Origin: Balanoglossus misakiensis
Lineage: Eukaryota > Animalia > Hemichordata
Length of the DNA stretch: 64,000 nucleotides
Direction: 5' to 3'
Assembly: GCA_040954595.2 (NCBI GenBank)
Contig: CM082580.2
Coordinates: 8,720,390-8,784,389 of the forward strand
Shown: positions 38,601 to 51,444 of the stretch, piece after piece
Position numbering within the stretch: the stretch's first letter is position 1
Layout of the letters: each line of letters opens with the position of its first letter
Position numbers and translations under genes: made by a program
The notes under the pieces: model-generated
Database searches by the model: none
What the model was told of the DNA's origin: nothing
What the model saw: the letters and a program-made list of their open reading frames with translations, nothing else

Positions 38601-41600
38601 TATGAAAATAAACATGATGTGTACATTATCCCATGACAGAAACTGCTGAAAATATCCATCTGACAAAAGGGGTTACATTGAAAAATAAAACACAGGCAAA
38701 TTACATTAATTTTAACATGTGGTACGTCTCTTTTCTCAATTTCACCCTTCATGAAAGGTATGTATAGCCGGCACTACAATCAAACTCAGAGTATCACATG
38801 GCATCATCATGCCATTTTTATGAAAACAAAGCCATTCCCCCCGCTGGCTCCGACATCTCGCATTTTCTCCAGAGCATTCGTCCATGAAAGATGAGTTTCA
38901 TGTGTACGCAGAATTTCTCTGATCGCTCACTCGCTCACCAACCCACGTAACGACGCTGCAGTAGTACACATACTACTACAACAAGTAAAAACTCTTAAAT
39001 AACTTCAAATCCTTTTCAGTCAACGAAGGCATGCAGGCAACCTCCGTTGCTATTTTTAGGACAGCCATTACATTGGCAATTTCTTTCACCTTGTACAAAA
39101 GGGATTCTATCGCTTGGTTTGGCATTTAATGATGGGGGAATGTTCACGTGAATGCCTACTTTGAAATGTGTGATGTTTTACACTGTACAGTCACGCTGTA
39201 TCCACTTTTTTGCCTCTACAAACTTCACATTGAAATCTTATATTCAGGGGAATATGACACAGCTGAATTATCATGACGCTGTGATTTGCAAGTGACGACA
39301 GTGTCAGTGCGTTTGCTTTTCATCGTTGAAATTTCTTTCTACGGTACATTACACACACACACTACACAGCACTGCAAACAAATCTGAACAAGTTGGCATA
39401 TGGCTGGTGTTCGACCTCCGACTGACCTTCTGTCCTAGTCTTCGAAGACTAAAAATTACCCTGGATTTTGTCGGCATGCCATGTACAAGATGGACACTTG
39501 TGAAGTAAAATTTGTCAGGAATTCAGCATTTGTTGACGTCTAGAAAGGTCTAGCAGAATCATGATATGATTTTTCCCAAGACTGGAAAATCATGGGACAT
39601 AATTTTTCATAGTAATACATTCTAATATGCATACATTATTTTACTAAATAGTATATACTAGTATTCTAGTAATGCATAAAAACAGTGGGGTCACTCAAAC
39701 TATGAACATTTTTGTTTCAAACAATCAGTCAGTCACCCTGCCTCCCTAGTGATTCACCACTCACTGAGTTGCGATTTTCCCTAAATTACCACTGGGGTCA
39801 ATGGATCTGATCATACAACTTCCAAAGTTCCAAATTAACTTGAACAGAAAGGGCAGATGAAATTCCGGCAAAATCATCGCCTTCATCAGCGCTTGTTAAA
39901 CTGCCTATCTACTATTTCTTAGAATGTTAAAGTGCTTCTGATGGCTTTATTAGACCAATTGGAGTGAGTCAGAATATGGTAATTCACATTTTATGATCGA
40001 TGTGTCCGGCATCTCAATATAAACGAAGAAAGTTCACAGCAGTCAGGGCTACCCTATTAAATGATGAAAATAAGAACTGGCATCTTGTTTTAATTTTCAG
40101 TCAAAGTATTTTATTTTATATTTTAATTTGACACACTCTTGAAGGGGAAATTCCATCTACTCGAAAAACTTGCTATCTTGCTGCCATATTGAGAGATCCT
40201 GGAAAGTTATAAATGTTTGGATAAAACAAGCCAAGAGACTGCTATGTTTTAGTATCAATTGTTAATTTTATGTTCTAGAATTCATACAAAATAATATGAT
40301 CCACAAAATATTGACACAGAATATTGTTCCTACGGAAATTTTCAAGGAACAAATATCGCAATGCTCCAGAATACAGCTGTACTGAAATGTCATCCTCATC
40401 AAACGTGGCAGAGGTTGTCTACATCATATAAAGTTATTGCTTTCACAAATAGGTCTGACTGAGACACTGCATGGGGTCATGACCTCGTGGTAATGACCCA
40501 AGGAGAGATATATGAAACTCCACACCAATTTAAGTGTTGTAATTCTAAGAGAAACATGTGTCTAATGAGCTTGTACTTTATGAAAACTTTCACAACATGA
40601 ACAAGAAATAATTGTTACTGAGCCCATTTTCAAGTTCAAATTACTTGTTTTAATACCTCGAATATGATCATGAATCAACACCAAGTATACTTTAATAATC
40701 AAATAAATATTATTTTTGACATGCATTTTTTTGATGAAGTGAAACATAAACTAGATTTTGTGTCTAGTCGAAAGCAACTGACTTGTGATCTCTCATAGAA
40801 AATAACGAGTCAGATTCCTCTGACATATAAAGTAACGAGATTTCTCTGACGTAGACAATTCACACTGCTCAGCGTGCTGGCGTTAGTCATAAACTTTTAT
40901 TAGGCTGTGTGCCTGCAAAGTCAATTCCACTAAATTATCTCCCTGACATCACCAAGAGACATGTACATCGTTCAATGGTTTTAAAATTCACTTTACACTT
41001 CCAACATTCTGGTTAACATATGACATACGACAGGGGAGGCAGTCAGATCAGGATGACAATTTAAATAACATTGACCTTTGACCCCCAGCCACCTAGAGAT
41101 CAAAGGTCACCGCTACGACAAGTATTCCACAATATGGATGTACATGTACCGTATTATCAAGTGCAGTCCTTGGTGAATTGCACTGAAATATTCAGTTGCA
41201 TTGCTTTCTTGAGGGCATGCGAAAATTGGCACTTCGTGATGTACTCTCCGCGGTCTATAGTCCTGTAATTTGGTTTAGCGTTGCTTGTTTTTCTACTGTA
41301 AATCACCTGAGAAAGGTAATTATCTCTGTGAAGGAAATTCCACCTTCCAGTCCAAGGTGCGGAATGTAGCAGACACAGGTTATACGAACTGTCAGTCATG
41401 GCTCGTTTATAAATATGCCATGGTGTGTGATGTTTGTGTGACAATAAACATGCTTCAAAATAAGATGACTGTCAGGCAATTTCTGTCCCCATTGCAATTA
41501 CAAAAGCCCATCATGTGATTCAATAGCAAATTCTCCCAGAATTAAATAATAATTTTCAATACAATATATCAGCAAGTACTCATCACATGCTGAAGAGACC

Positions 41601-42339
41601 GCACTCCCTGTGTCCCAAATCTGAATTGGACTCTGACATGAAGTTTGAGAAGTCCTTATCTCTATGCCAATCACTCTCATATACATTGCAATCAATTACC
41701 ATGATCATGCACTATCCTATATATTCACAGAGGATATTTATAGATGCATAGTCAGCGTACAAATATAGCCTGGGGCACAGGTGGTATTCTTCAAATGCCA
41801 GTCATATCATCGGGTTCAGTTTAAAATATTTTCCTCGATATCATCAGTTTATTAAACCGCGGATGACATGCTCTTTGCTACTGCTATGTCCCGGCAAATG
41901 TAAACTGAAACTTCCGGCTGCATGCAGTCCATTTCCCCAAAACATTTCCGGCAAAATTTGAAAGGAAGGATGATGAAGCCCAACAAATGTGCATTTCTTG
42001 CTGTATGTGGTGAATTTCAGTTTGTGTATTTTCCCGCTTTGCAAACAAAACTAAACATGTCATGGCAACAGGGGCATTACTGACTGCATGTACTGTACCT
42101 GACCCTGACTAGAACAAGCAATCGGAAATGCCCTTGACTGGCCGATAAACTCTTTGAATGGGGAAATGATTGTCAAACCTAATGGATTCATACATACATG
42201 TATTGGTTTTTATCAAGGTTGAGCTGACCTGGGAATGACTTCAATCTGATCACGTTCATGCATGTTTCTGCGCAATACACATTCAAGTTATGAGTAGTGG
42301 ATTTGTTCATATAATGGGTTGTATGTATGTATACTATAT

Positions 42340-42446
42340 ATGTATGTGTGTGTGTGTGTGTGCTTGGGTGTTTGTTGTGTGTGTGTGTGGGTGGGTGCCA
42401 GGTGCGTGTTTGTTGTGTGTGTGTGTGTGTGTGTCTGTCTGTCTGT
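42340..42446. repeat. Compound (TG)n / (TCTG)n microsatellite
   Basis: Three interrupted TG runs followed by TCTG repeats, directly visible. Confidence 0.9.
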
Positions 42447-44709
42447 CCCAGTTATATATATGTATACTCAATATTTTCTGAACAATTTTTTGTGAAGCAG
42501 TACCTGGTAGCCCTAAATTCTCAAAGTTATATACATTTTGCGTAACAGTAAACTTAACAGGTTTGCAAAAAGTTTACACTACACAAGACACTGTTAATAG
42601 ACTAAATTTAGAACATTTTTGAAATTGTACGACACAAAAATGCTGACACAAAGTCAAGCTATTATTACTGCATACTGAATGCCAAGCAATACGAGGTTCT
42701 CATAAATCTTAAATTTCAAGATAAATTAAGACGCATGAATTACATCAACACCACGGGACAAATACATGGCAGAACGAGGCTGGCACGAACAGGTTGGATT
42801 GCTTTACATCTAAGATGTCAATTAACGAGAACACTGCCACCCAATTCCAACACAAATCCAATTCAACAGGACATGAAGGAGTGTAGCGTAAGAAAACAGA
42901 CACCGTCCGAATTTGACCCCATCAACCACTGTGGCTACAACTTTTACTTTCAACCGATTTAAATATTGAATTTCTCGCTATCGTATATTCTCATCATCAT
43001 GTGCCTGGGCGACTGCAGTTCTGTGCGTGTGTTAATGGACCCAAGCCCATGATTCATCCAATCAAACAGTTTAAATAGCATGGGGTTTCAGTCTATTATA
43101 TTGCATTGAATACTCAGTGTGCGTATTTTCGATTTATAAATTTGTCTCCTCCTTCGTACATAACATGTGACATGCATGATGCCGGTCATCTGAGTGTTGC
43201 CGGCTGTGTTAAAATGGTTTAACCAGTCTGGCGGTGTGTCTCTCACAGGTCTGTTGGAAAACCAATCTATCCATGTATCAACCTGTGTACCGGTATCTCT
43301 TTTTTGAGATATGGCACAGTCATTCCTGTGCCAGGAAGAACATATCATGTACATATAGGTTCCAAGCACTAGGTACTCGTATATCAATTACAAGATATGT
43401 ATACGTAGATCACTTAAATCAGCCGGATATACTTCATTTCATACATCTTTATTATATCTTTTATATTATCAATATGGAAGTTATGTTACTATATAATGTA
43501 AAGAAGTCAAAATCCCAATAAAAGTTGTCTTTTCAAACAGCTCTGGACATTCAAGGGACTGAAACAGGAAGTGACATCACCTGTTACCTTGAGAGGCTGA
43601 ATGATCTGCTCATAGTCACAACACACCCACTCAATTGGCCTGTTCATAAAATCAAGATGTTTCTATCACCTTCTTGAAAATAGACACGAGAAGTTACCCA
43701 GACATAAGGCGGAATCTAGTCAAACAAAGACAAATATGTGAGAAGTGTATGATAGCAAGGCAGACCACTAAACCATGTTAAGTGCCCTCGACGTCAGTTC
43801 TAAGCTGGCTAGCTCCTTAATTTGGCACTTTAAAGCAAGCCAGGATCTGTTTAGGATGGAAATAACGAGATAAATTAGCTTTTAACCTCTCCTACCTGAT
43901 AATTATACTTCCTACAGGCACAGTCGAGCCACGCCACAACAATAATACTCCTCTAGTAATTCCAAGCGATGATCAAGCTACAAGCGATACTTGAAACAAG
44001 AATTCATGTGAAGTCCGAGCGCCAGAGACCTCCAGATGTGATCGGCATTCCCAGCTGAGTGGCTGGGCATGCTCTATGTGATCAGCAGTCGGTCATGCCC
44101 AGAATTGGAATAGGCAGAAATCAGATCCGAGGCTGTGACAGTTCCCTGGAGTTCCCCGACTGGCTGGGAACATCCCTGCAATTCAGACCTTTATTACACT
44201 CGCCATGTGCCACTCCACAGATCTAGACCCACACTCCTTGCCATTTGTAAATTAAATAAATTGTGATTACATATGCTTCACTGCACAGACTTCCTAGTGT
44301 TTTGCCTTCCCCCATGCTTTATTACCAATTCTACTGGACACACCAAATGCACTGCAAATAGTACCAAACATGTTTAAATTGTAAACTGTAAATTTGCATC
44401 CATTCACTTTTCTGTATCTACCATGTATTTTTGTATACATACATGCCAGTTTTCCTACAAAACTTTTCACTATACATTGAAAAAAATAACATTTCAAGAG
44501 CCTACTTCAGCCCTCCTTAGCCGTGTTTGGATTGTAAAGTTCATTTGATTGTGTGCTTCCTATATCTCTTTCCTGTGCTGCATGGTAAATTGGGAATTCT
44601 ACATGTACATATCTTCTTGCTCTGAATGCAGCATGCTGACGCAGCAAATACATTCTGGGTGATCTCAATATTAGTACATGTATTATGAAGGGAATGACAT
44701 ATGCATCCC

Positions 44710-44770
44710 AATACAATATGATATGATACGATACAATACGATACAATACAATACAATACATACAATACAT
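44710..44770. repeat. Pentanucleotide microsatellite (ATACA/ATACG/ATATG)n
   Basis: ATACAATATGATATGATACGATACAATACGATACAATACAATACAATACA. Confidence 0.9.
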
Positions 44771-47700
44771 GTACTTCCAGTCCAATCTATGCAAACCATA
44801 GGTTAGCTGAGATTCCATATGTATATTTTTTGTTTACTTCACAACAAGTTAAAGTTCATTCTCATATCAAGTTGCCATTCTTTCTGGGCCCCCACCCTTT
44901 CTGAATTTCCCCACTGAAAATCCGGGCTCTGACAGGGCATCTCGGAATACTGATATCAATACATCAGTATGGACAGATGGCTGTCAGATATTTTATACAC
45001 ATGGTAGATTCGAAGGTATATCACGTGTCCAACAGATTAAGATCTTTTAGGGATTTCTTTGCATGAAAATTGTCACGATACTCGGCTTGAAACTGACAGT
45101 TTAGGTTGGCGAGCGCTATGATTTGTCAGTGGGCGTCAGACCTCAGTGACATTTATCCCAGAATCCCACCCATAAACATTACCCCATACATTGCTCCAGT
45201 TGACTGGCAACGCCATGTGTGTTTACGCAAGAACTCAACCAAAGACGAACGCGCTGTCAGTCCGGTGGAAGGAATCTCCTCAAGACGTCAACTAAACTCC
45301 ACAAAGTACGATTAAAAAGTCTGTGGGATATCTGGTCCTTCCAATAACGAATATTGAAAGTGACAAGCTAGTTTTGACACATGTATTTTTAAGCAGTAAA
45401 ATTGAACTCTATATCAAATTTCATTTTTGTAAACATCACTGGTTGTTTTTTTACTGGAAAGTACGGTAGGTGTGCTTGTACTGTCCTGTCCTGTCTAACT
45501 ACCAACTCGCCTCATCTCACATTAGCATCTCATTACCAAAACAAAATCTGCTTGGTCCCAGTTGCCCACCAGCCGTTCGGGCTGCGTGACCTTGATGAGG
45601 TCATTCTGAAGTTTTCATTTAATGAAAAATTATAAGTGCTGAGACCGTAACCAAGATAGGGACAATGTTTAACACTTCACCAGGGTCCTCTAACACACTC
45701 ACACTCCCAAGAACACAGAAAACGATAAAGTTATAAATAGTTAAAAGTGGTATACTTGTGGGAAAAGAACTCATTGACGTGAAGTAGGAAATTACTTGGT
45801 TGTTAGAATATGAGGAAATTATAGTCCACTGCTGGACAGGTGCCTTGGAAAATTTTACTGTAAAATTGTTGTAGGATTTACACACATAGTCATTTTCGGA
45901 GGTTTAATGACCGGAAAATTGTTGGACAGAAATTAGGACATCAAAAGGGATTATCAAAAAGGTTTACCAGATAGTGTTGATTTGTTTAGACTGTTTGTTA
46001 TGCAATACAAGCGATCCAGTTGCAGACTGTCTGGTGTCTAGTATAGACTGACTTGGTGAGGGTCTATTGGCAGAAGTGAATATTTTAAAATAAATTTACA
46101 GCCCTGGCAATAAATTTAGAGGAAATGGCAGGCTGTGTTGACATTAAGGACATCACAAAACCTACATGTTGACATTTAAGTCCAGCAACATATCAATCAC
46201 ACACCAAAACAGAAAGTGCACCTGGGAACATAGACTGACAAACTAGTCACATGCTAGTTGCTAGCATTTTACATCAAATATTAACAGAAACTTTTAAATC
46301 ACTTTGAAAAAAATACTGGCCATGAAAGTCTCTCAGTTAAAAATAAATTGGATAAAGTTTGTCTTTTTTCTGATTGGCAAAATTAGGCCTCATTGACCAA
46401 TGAAATATATTCTCTAGAATTAACAGCCCATATGGAAACAACTATACCTAGTGAAGGCCTAGCACAAATACCTGCTACAATCGGGGTACAGGAAAATGTC
46501 CTTTTCTTATTTCCTCCATTGTAATCAAGGTGTATAGATTTATTGCACTCTATTGAATTGATAGAAAGGGGGAACCCAGTCACCATTTTCCTGCTACCAC
46601 CAGAGTTCACAGGAAAAACACACATCGCACAATAGTTCATATGTGGCTGCACTGTTTGTTGTGCAGTCAATGGATCGGTCTCGCCAGCCAAGGACAATAA
46701 ATTTCGACGGATGCACATTTTCAGACTCTCCGGACAGGAAAAAGACAAGCCCTCGGATTCAGGGCATTGAATTTGTAAACTTCCTGACTGCTATGTGTGT
46801 TTGTAGTTGACAAAGAAGATTTCCATTTTGCTCTAATTTGTTGCAGTCCAGGATAGGAATGCTGGCAAAAAAAATTACCAGACATGTCACACTCCCGGTT
46901 TGTGCCTCACATTTTGCCAAGGGATCTTTATACTGGCCTACATTTTTGCTTGTGAAAAGTTCACCTAAAGTACACCACATCAAATACAAGCTTTCTGAAC
47001 ATATGCCAAAAGTCTGTCACCACAATGCTTTATGGGAGTGACTGTGCTCAAGCCCAGACTAAAGGCTGGCCAGACGTGATCGCCAGTAATAAAATACTTC
47101 TCCCAACACTCATGGCATGGTCAGCGTTTATTTTAATCCACACTGCTATGAATTCAATATGTTTGGCCATAAATCAAAACATGGATGAATAGTCCAAGGC
47201 AATACATCTCTGGCGTTGGCGACTATATGTTGGCCAACAGCATGGTTTCACGGTTGTACAGAAAAACCAAACCTTAATTTCTTGTAACTGACAATTTGAT
47301 TGATGACATTCGACTGCAAATGGGTATATGAAAGTCCTGTTAATATTCTTCTCCACCTGTTCCAGAAAAGTAATAAATCTCCAAACAAATTCACATTTGT
47401 TGATCGTTTAGCAAATCTCTTGCGCCTCCAGGTATATCTCACACACTCATCTCCACGTGCATTGGTGGTCCCTCCAAGCACTCGACAACAACCTGGCTTC
47501 CTGAACCTTGCCAACCACCACCACCATCCGTTCACTGCACACAGTCAACACCACCAGAACAAAAACTAGCTTTGCATGCAGAGGAAAGCTTTTCCATGCA
47601 GAAAAAGTTAATTTATTCAGAGTATTATAGTATTATAACACTTTATATAAATTCAAATTTTGCTGATCATCATACGCAAAGTTGGAATTTACTATCTACC

Positions 47701-49369
47701 GCTACAGAAAAAATCCTCCACAAGAGTACTTCTATATCTACATATTGATTTGTCTGGAAATACCACCATCACACAAAACGTTTGGGTGGCTCAAACTGAA
47801 GAACCAAACCAAAGGTGGTTGGATAATCAGATTACTGACTTTTGTCCATGCATTCACCTGGCCAGTTTTTGTCTAAACACCATGGCGGTTTAAACTTCTT
47901 GCCAAACAATGGCAACAATGTGTTGACCACGACCGGAAACCTGTATTCTTCGATTGGCAGTCTTTTGTGTTTCAGTTTAAATAACATTCTGGTGATGTCT
48001 TGACTCTTGAAACTAAGTTATTTTGCCCTAAATTTTCTGACCCCACAAAATGCCACCCAGCCCCAGAATCAGATGCCCCCACCCCCTCTTCACTGATAAC
48101 CAACTCAGAAAATGTTTTCAATTTACCTTTTACTTACAGAAAGTTTAAAACTGTAATGTATAAAAACACTCATATTACCTATGAAAAAATTGAGATTTTT
48201 TTCAGTGAACAGAAATATGTAACTTCATGAATTGAACACTTGTGTAATATTATTAGGCCTAGAGTTCTCCACTAAGAAATCTCTATACCAAGGTTACAGA
48301 CAATGTTTAAATAGCAGGATTGCACATTCTCTAAATGCCACTTACAAAGTCTTGAGATAATGAAGAATACTTGACTGATAGGTCATTTGTAACAGTTTAA
48401 TCACACTTTTGCAGACATTTAATTCCCCTATACCCCCACAAACTTCTGAGACCCACTGACTCTTTCATATTCAAGTCTTTGTCATTGACATGATAATAGG
48501 AAAAGAGGTGATTAAATACAATAATAGGAGTATGTCAGTTGACAAATCAATATACTGGTAGTCACTAGTGGAAAAAAATAGTTGCAACTTTTATTTCTTT
48601 ATCTTGTCATACATGTACATATATAATTCACGGTTACTAGTGCATATATACTGCATAATTAAAAAAAAGGTTTCCCAAGCTTCGGTTACAGGCAAGTTGC
48701 TCTGTATGGTGGTATAGCTTGTCTTTTTTTTTTTTTTACCAACGGGATAGGTGGGCGTGCAATGAAAGGTATACAAAGCGAACTTGCCCATGTTGCCATA
48801 CATACTATATATACGACATGCTGAAAAAAGTTCTCGTCAGTCACACATTTCAAACATTCACAGAACGACAAATTCCGTGCAGTGTATTCTATCGAAGAGC
48901 CTGTGCTTTGAAACTATGTCGACCGTGAACGATACGCCGTATTCATTGCTGCGGCTTCCTTCTCAAAACACGGAGAAAAACCGTTTGCTTTCCATGGTTC
49001 AACACAATGCAGACTTCATTTGAAATCGATAGCAGTCTCTCAGCTGTTGGAACACCACAGCCACCGAATATCCAATCTACTCGACACTTTCATCACAGAA
49101 TCCCGCCCCGTCCCCTCAAATGCATCGCAAACAATCGTTTCTCGGTGTTTTGATAACGAAGCCATAAACGCGACTGACACGTCGTTCACAACAACCGATC
49201 GCGGATACGTTCCGGTCGAGTCACACAATGAAATGTACATGATGTTCATTTCAGTGCGGATCTTGTCGTCTGCCAGTCTGGGCCTCGCTGTGGTGTTGTG
49301 CTGTCGTAAAACGGTGTACCCCACCACGAATACTGTATAACTGGCGACATTCTGTTGAATTACACTTAC

Positions 49370-49540
49370 CGACAAATGTGCTTGTAAACCCTCGCTCGCC
49401 GCTGGAATAAGTCTTGGGATAATTACACGAAGTCAGACACCCGATCGTTTGTGTTCTCTATTCCCGTGAAGTTGAAACGATCTGCTAGCTGCTCTCGTGT
49501 GGGCATTTGCATATCAATGAAAAGTCTACTGACGTAACGA
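49370..49540 (-). promoter_or_regulatory. Probable promoter and first non-coding exon of TMEM198
   Basis: Consensus donor TCG|GTAAGT at 49370/49369 inside a CpG-rich block (about 48800-49800). Octamer ATTTGCAT at 49505-49512 and CRE-like TGACGTAA at 49530-49537. Linkage to the acceptor at 26623 (22.7-kb intron) is inference. Confidence 0.5.
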
Positions 49541-50749
49541 AAGTAAACAGTGGGTTTCTCGGCAGCTCTATACCAAATCGATGTCAAATACTCCCGAAAT
49601 GTTGTCCGAAGGGAAGCAGAAAAGAATTGCCTTCGACGGCGAGTTAACTGTAGTTGCGCCAGCTATTGAGTTCACCTCACAAAAAGGTCAGGAAAGAAAG
49701 TGATTAAGAGAAAATGCCCCTGAAGGTCACCTCCCAACCAATCAGTTTCGTCTGCTGCAGCAGGGCGGGGCTATTTCGAGGGAAACCAGAACGCGTGAAC
49801 GCACATAGCAACAGAGGCAAGGAAGGAAGAAGCAAGGATGGAATGCCAATGCTAAAAAAAATTGTAACGCAGCTAACTTCTGTTTCACGTGGGGTTTCCC
49901 AAGTTCTGCTTCTTTGGGTGTTTATTCAACAAAGCAGGCCACCAAAATTATTTAGTTTGTTTTGTATAATATTTTTATATTTACTTCATTTGTCTAATAT
50001 TTGAGTAAATTGATCAGAAATCCGCGATCGCAATAGTTTGTGCAGCGCATAAACTAGTATTTTCAATAAGACATTTATCCGGCACTCAGACATTTCTTCT
50101 TACGATTCAGCTTCTCCAAATGAAAAACTGAAATTAAAAAATAAACATCCTGATCGAAAGCTGTCTTTAAAAAAAGTGTACAAAAGTATCAGCCTCCAGG
50201 TCTCTGCGCGCTTTCTCAAGAAGACTTCGTGTCTAATTGACGAGTTTTATAGTCTTTTTCTTGATCAAGTGACTTTTAATAGACAAAATTATACAAGTCT
50301 AAACGTTACAAAAAAAATGTTTACCAACACCCCAGTGCGTGTAACTTAAATAAAAACAAGGTTAAGTTTACCTCCCAACTGTTGGTGGCGCTGCCAAGCG
50401 ATGAGCGACGGAAAGTACAAAAGAGAAAAGAAGAAATTTCAATGAGACTTCCCAGAGGTAAATATCTCTACAGATGATACTTTTTTATTGTTTGTTCAAC
50501 TTTAATTGAGGAGTTCTTCAATCAGATATGGGCATTTCATTTTTAAAGGTAAACTAGACGCATGTGGATATAAATAGATGCAGATAATATAAATCCTCCT
50601 TGTGAACAAAACCATGCAGGTTGGAAATGTGCAAAACAATACCTTCTTTTATAATGATCACACTTGACATACACTACAAGTATTTCTCGGTCCACAAGTT
50701 CACTTTTCAGTCTGCAGAAAGTTTATGTCCGCGGCATATCCTGGGTATA

Positions 50750-50847
50750 AAGAGCGCCACCAAGTGTCATAGTTAAGACAGTGTGGACAATATGGCGGAT
50801 AAACCAAAACAACAACATTTGAGCTGCTGAGCAGAAATATGGTACGT
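50750..50847 (+). promoter_or_regulatory. Probable PAN2 promoter and first exon
   Basis: YY1-like AATATGGCGG at about 50789-50798, donor ATG|GTACGT at 50841/50842, matching acceptor TCCTTCTAAAAG| at 51438/51439, CpG-retaining region. Confidence 0.55.
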
Positions 50848-51444
50848 TTGATTTTTCTATTGAGTTTAACGCGCGATTACTTTAACTCGGGCATTCCTTT
50901 ATACGTTAACGTTCATTTACTCCTTTTAAGGCGAAATCGCTCATGTACGCACAGCCCACGACGCCCTTACGTTGTATATATCATACAGACTTACATCTAC
51001 TACTACACATACAGCTGACAATGTCATCGACAGTGACACTGATCAACACGTGCCTGGCCATTGTTTCTCAAATCAATCAGTGATCGCGAAGCCCCACTGA
51101 TGCATGATGCAAATAGAAGCAATTTTCCGGTTTAATCAGTGCGGTTTCGCCATCACCTTTGATGCATGCTGCTGTTGCTCGAGATTTTGCGGGTCTGGTA
51201 TATGTGGTTTGTTTGTATCTCATTCTCAGATCCTGAGTGCATAACTGTCAGTTGATATGTACTTTTCAGTGGACATATCCTGTTCGGATGAACGTGAACT
51301 TGGATGTGAAAATGGTTCAGCCTGATCGCACATAGCTGGATAAACAGTAATAGACACCCAGTGATCTCAAGTTTATTATATTTCACAAACAACACTCGAA
51401 ATCAGATAACATACCTGCCACATATATCCTTCTAAAAGGAAACA

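Noticed and set aside
41030-41265. Segment with TGACCTTTGACC and TCAAAGGTCA, possibly a Helitron/Helentron-related repeat
   Set aside because: No second copy or definable termini in the window, so it cannot be classified.
49020-49375. Opposing ORFs of 106 and 111 aa
   Set aside because: They lie in a CpG-rich promoter/first-intron region where stops are rarer, begin at TTG codons, and show no protein features.
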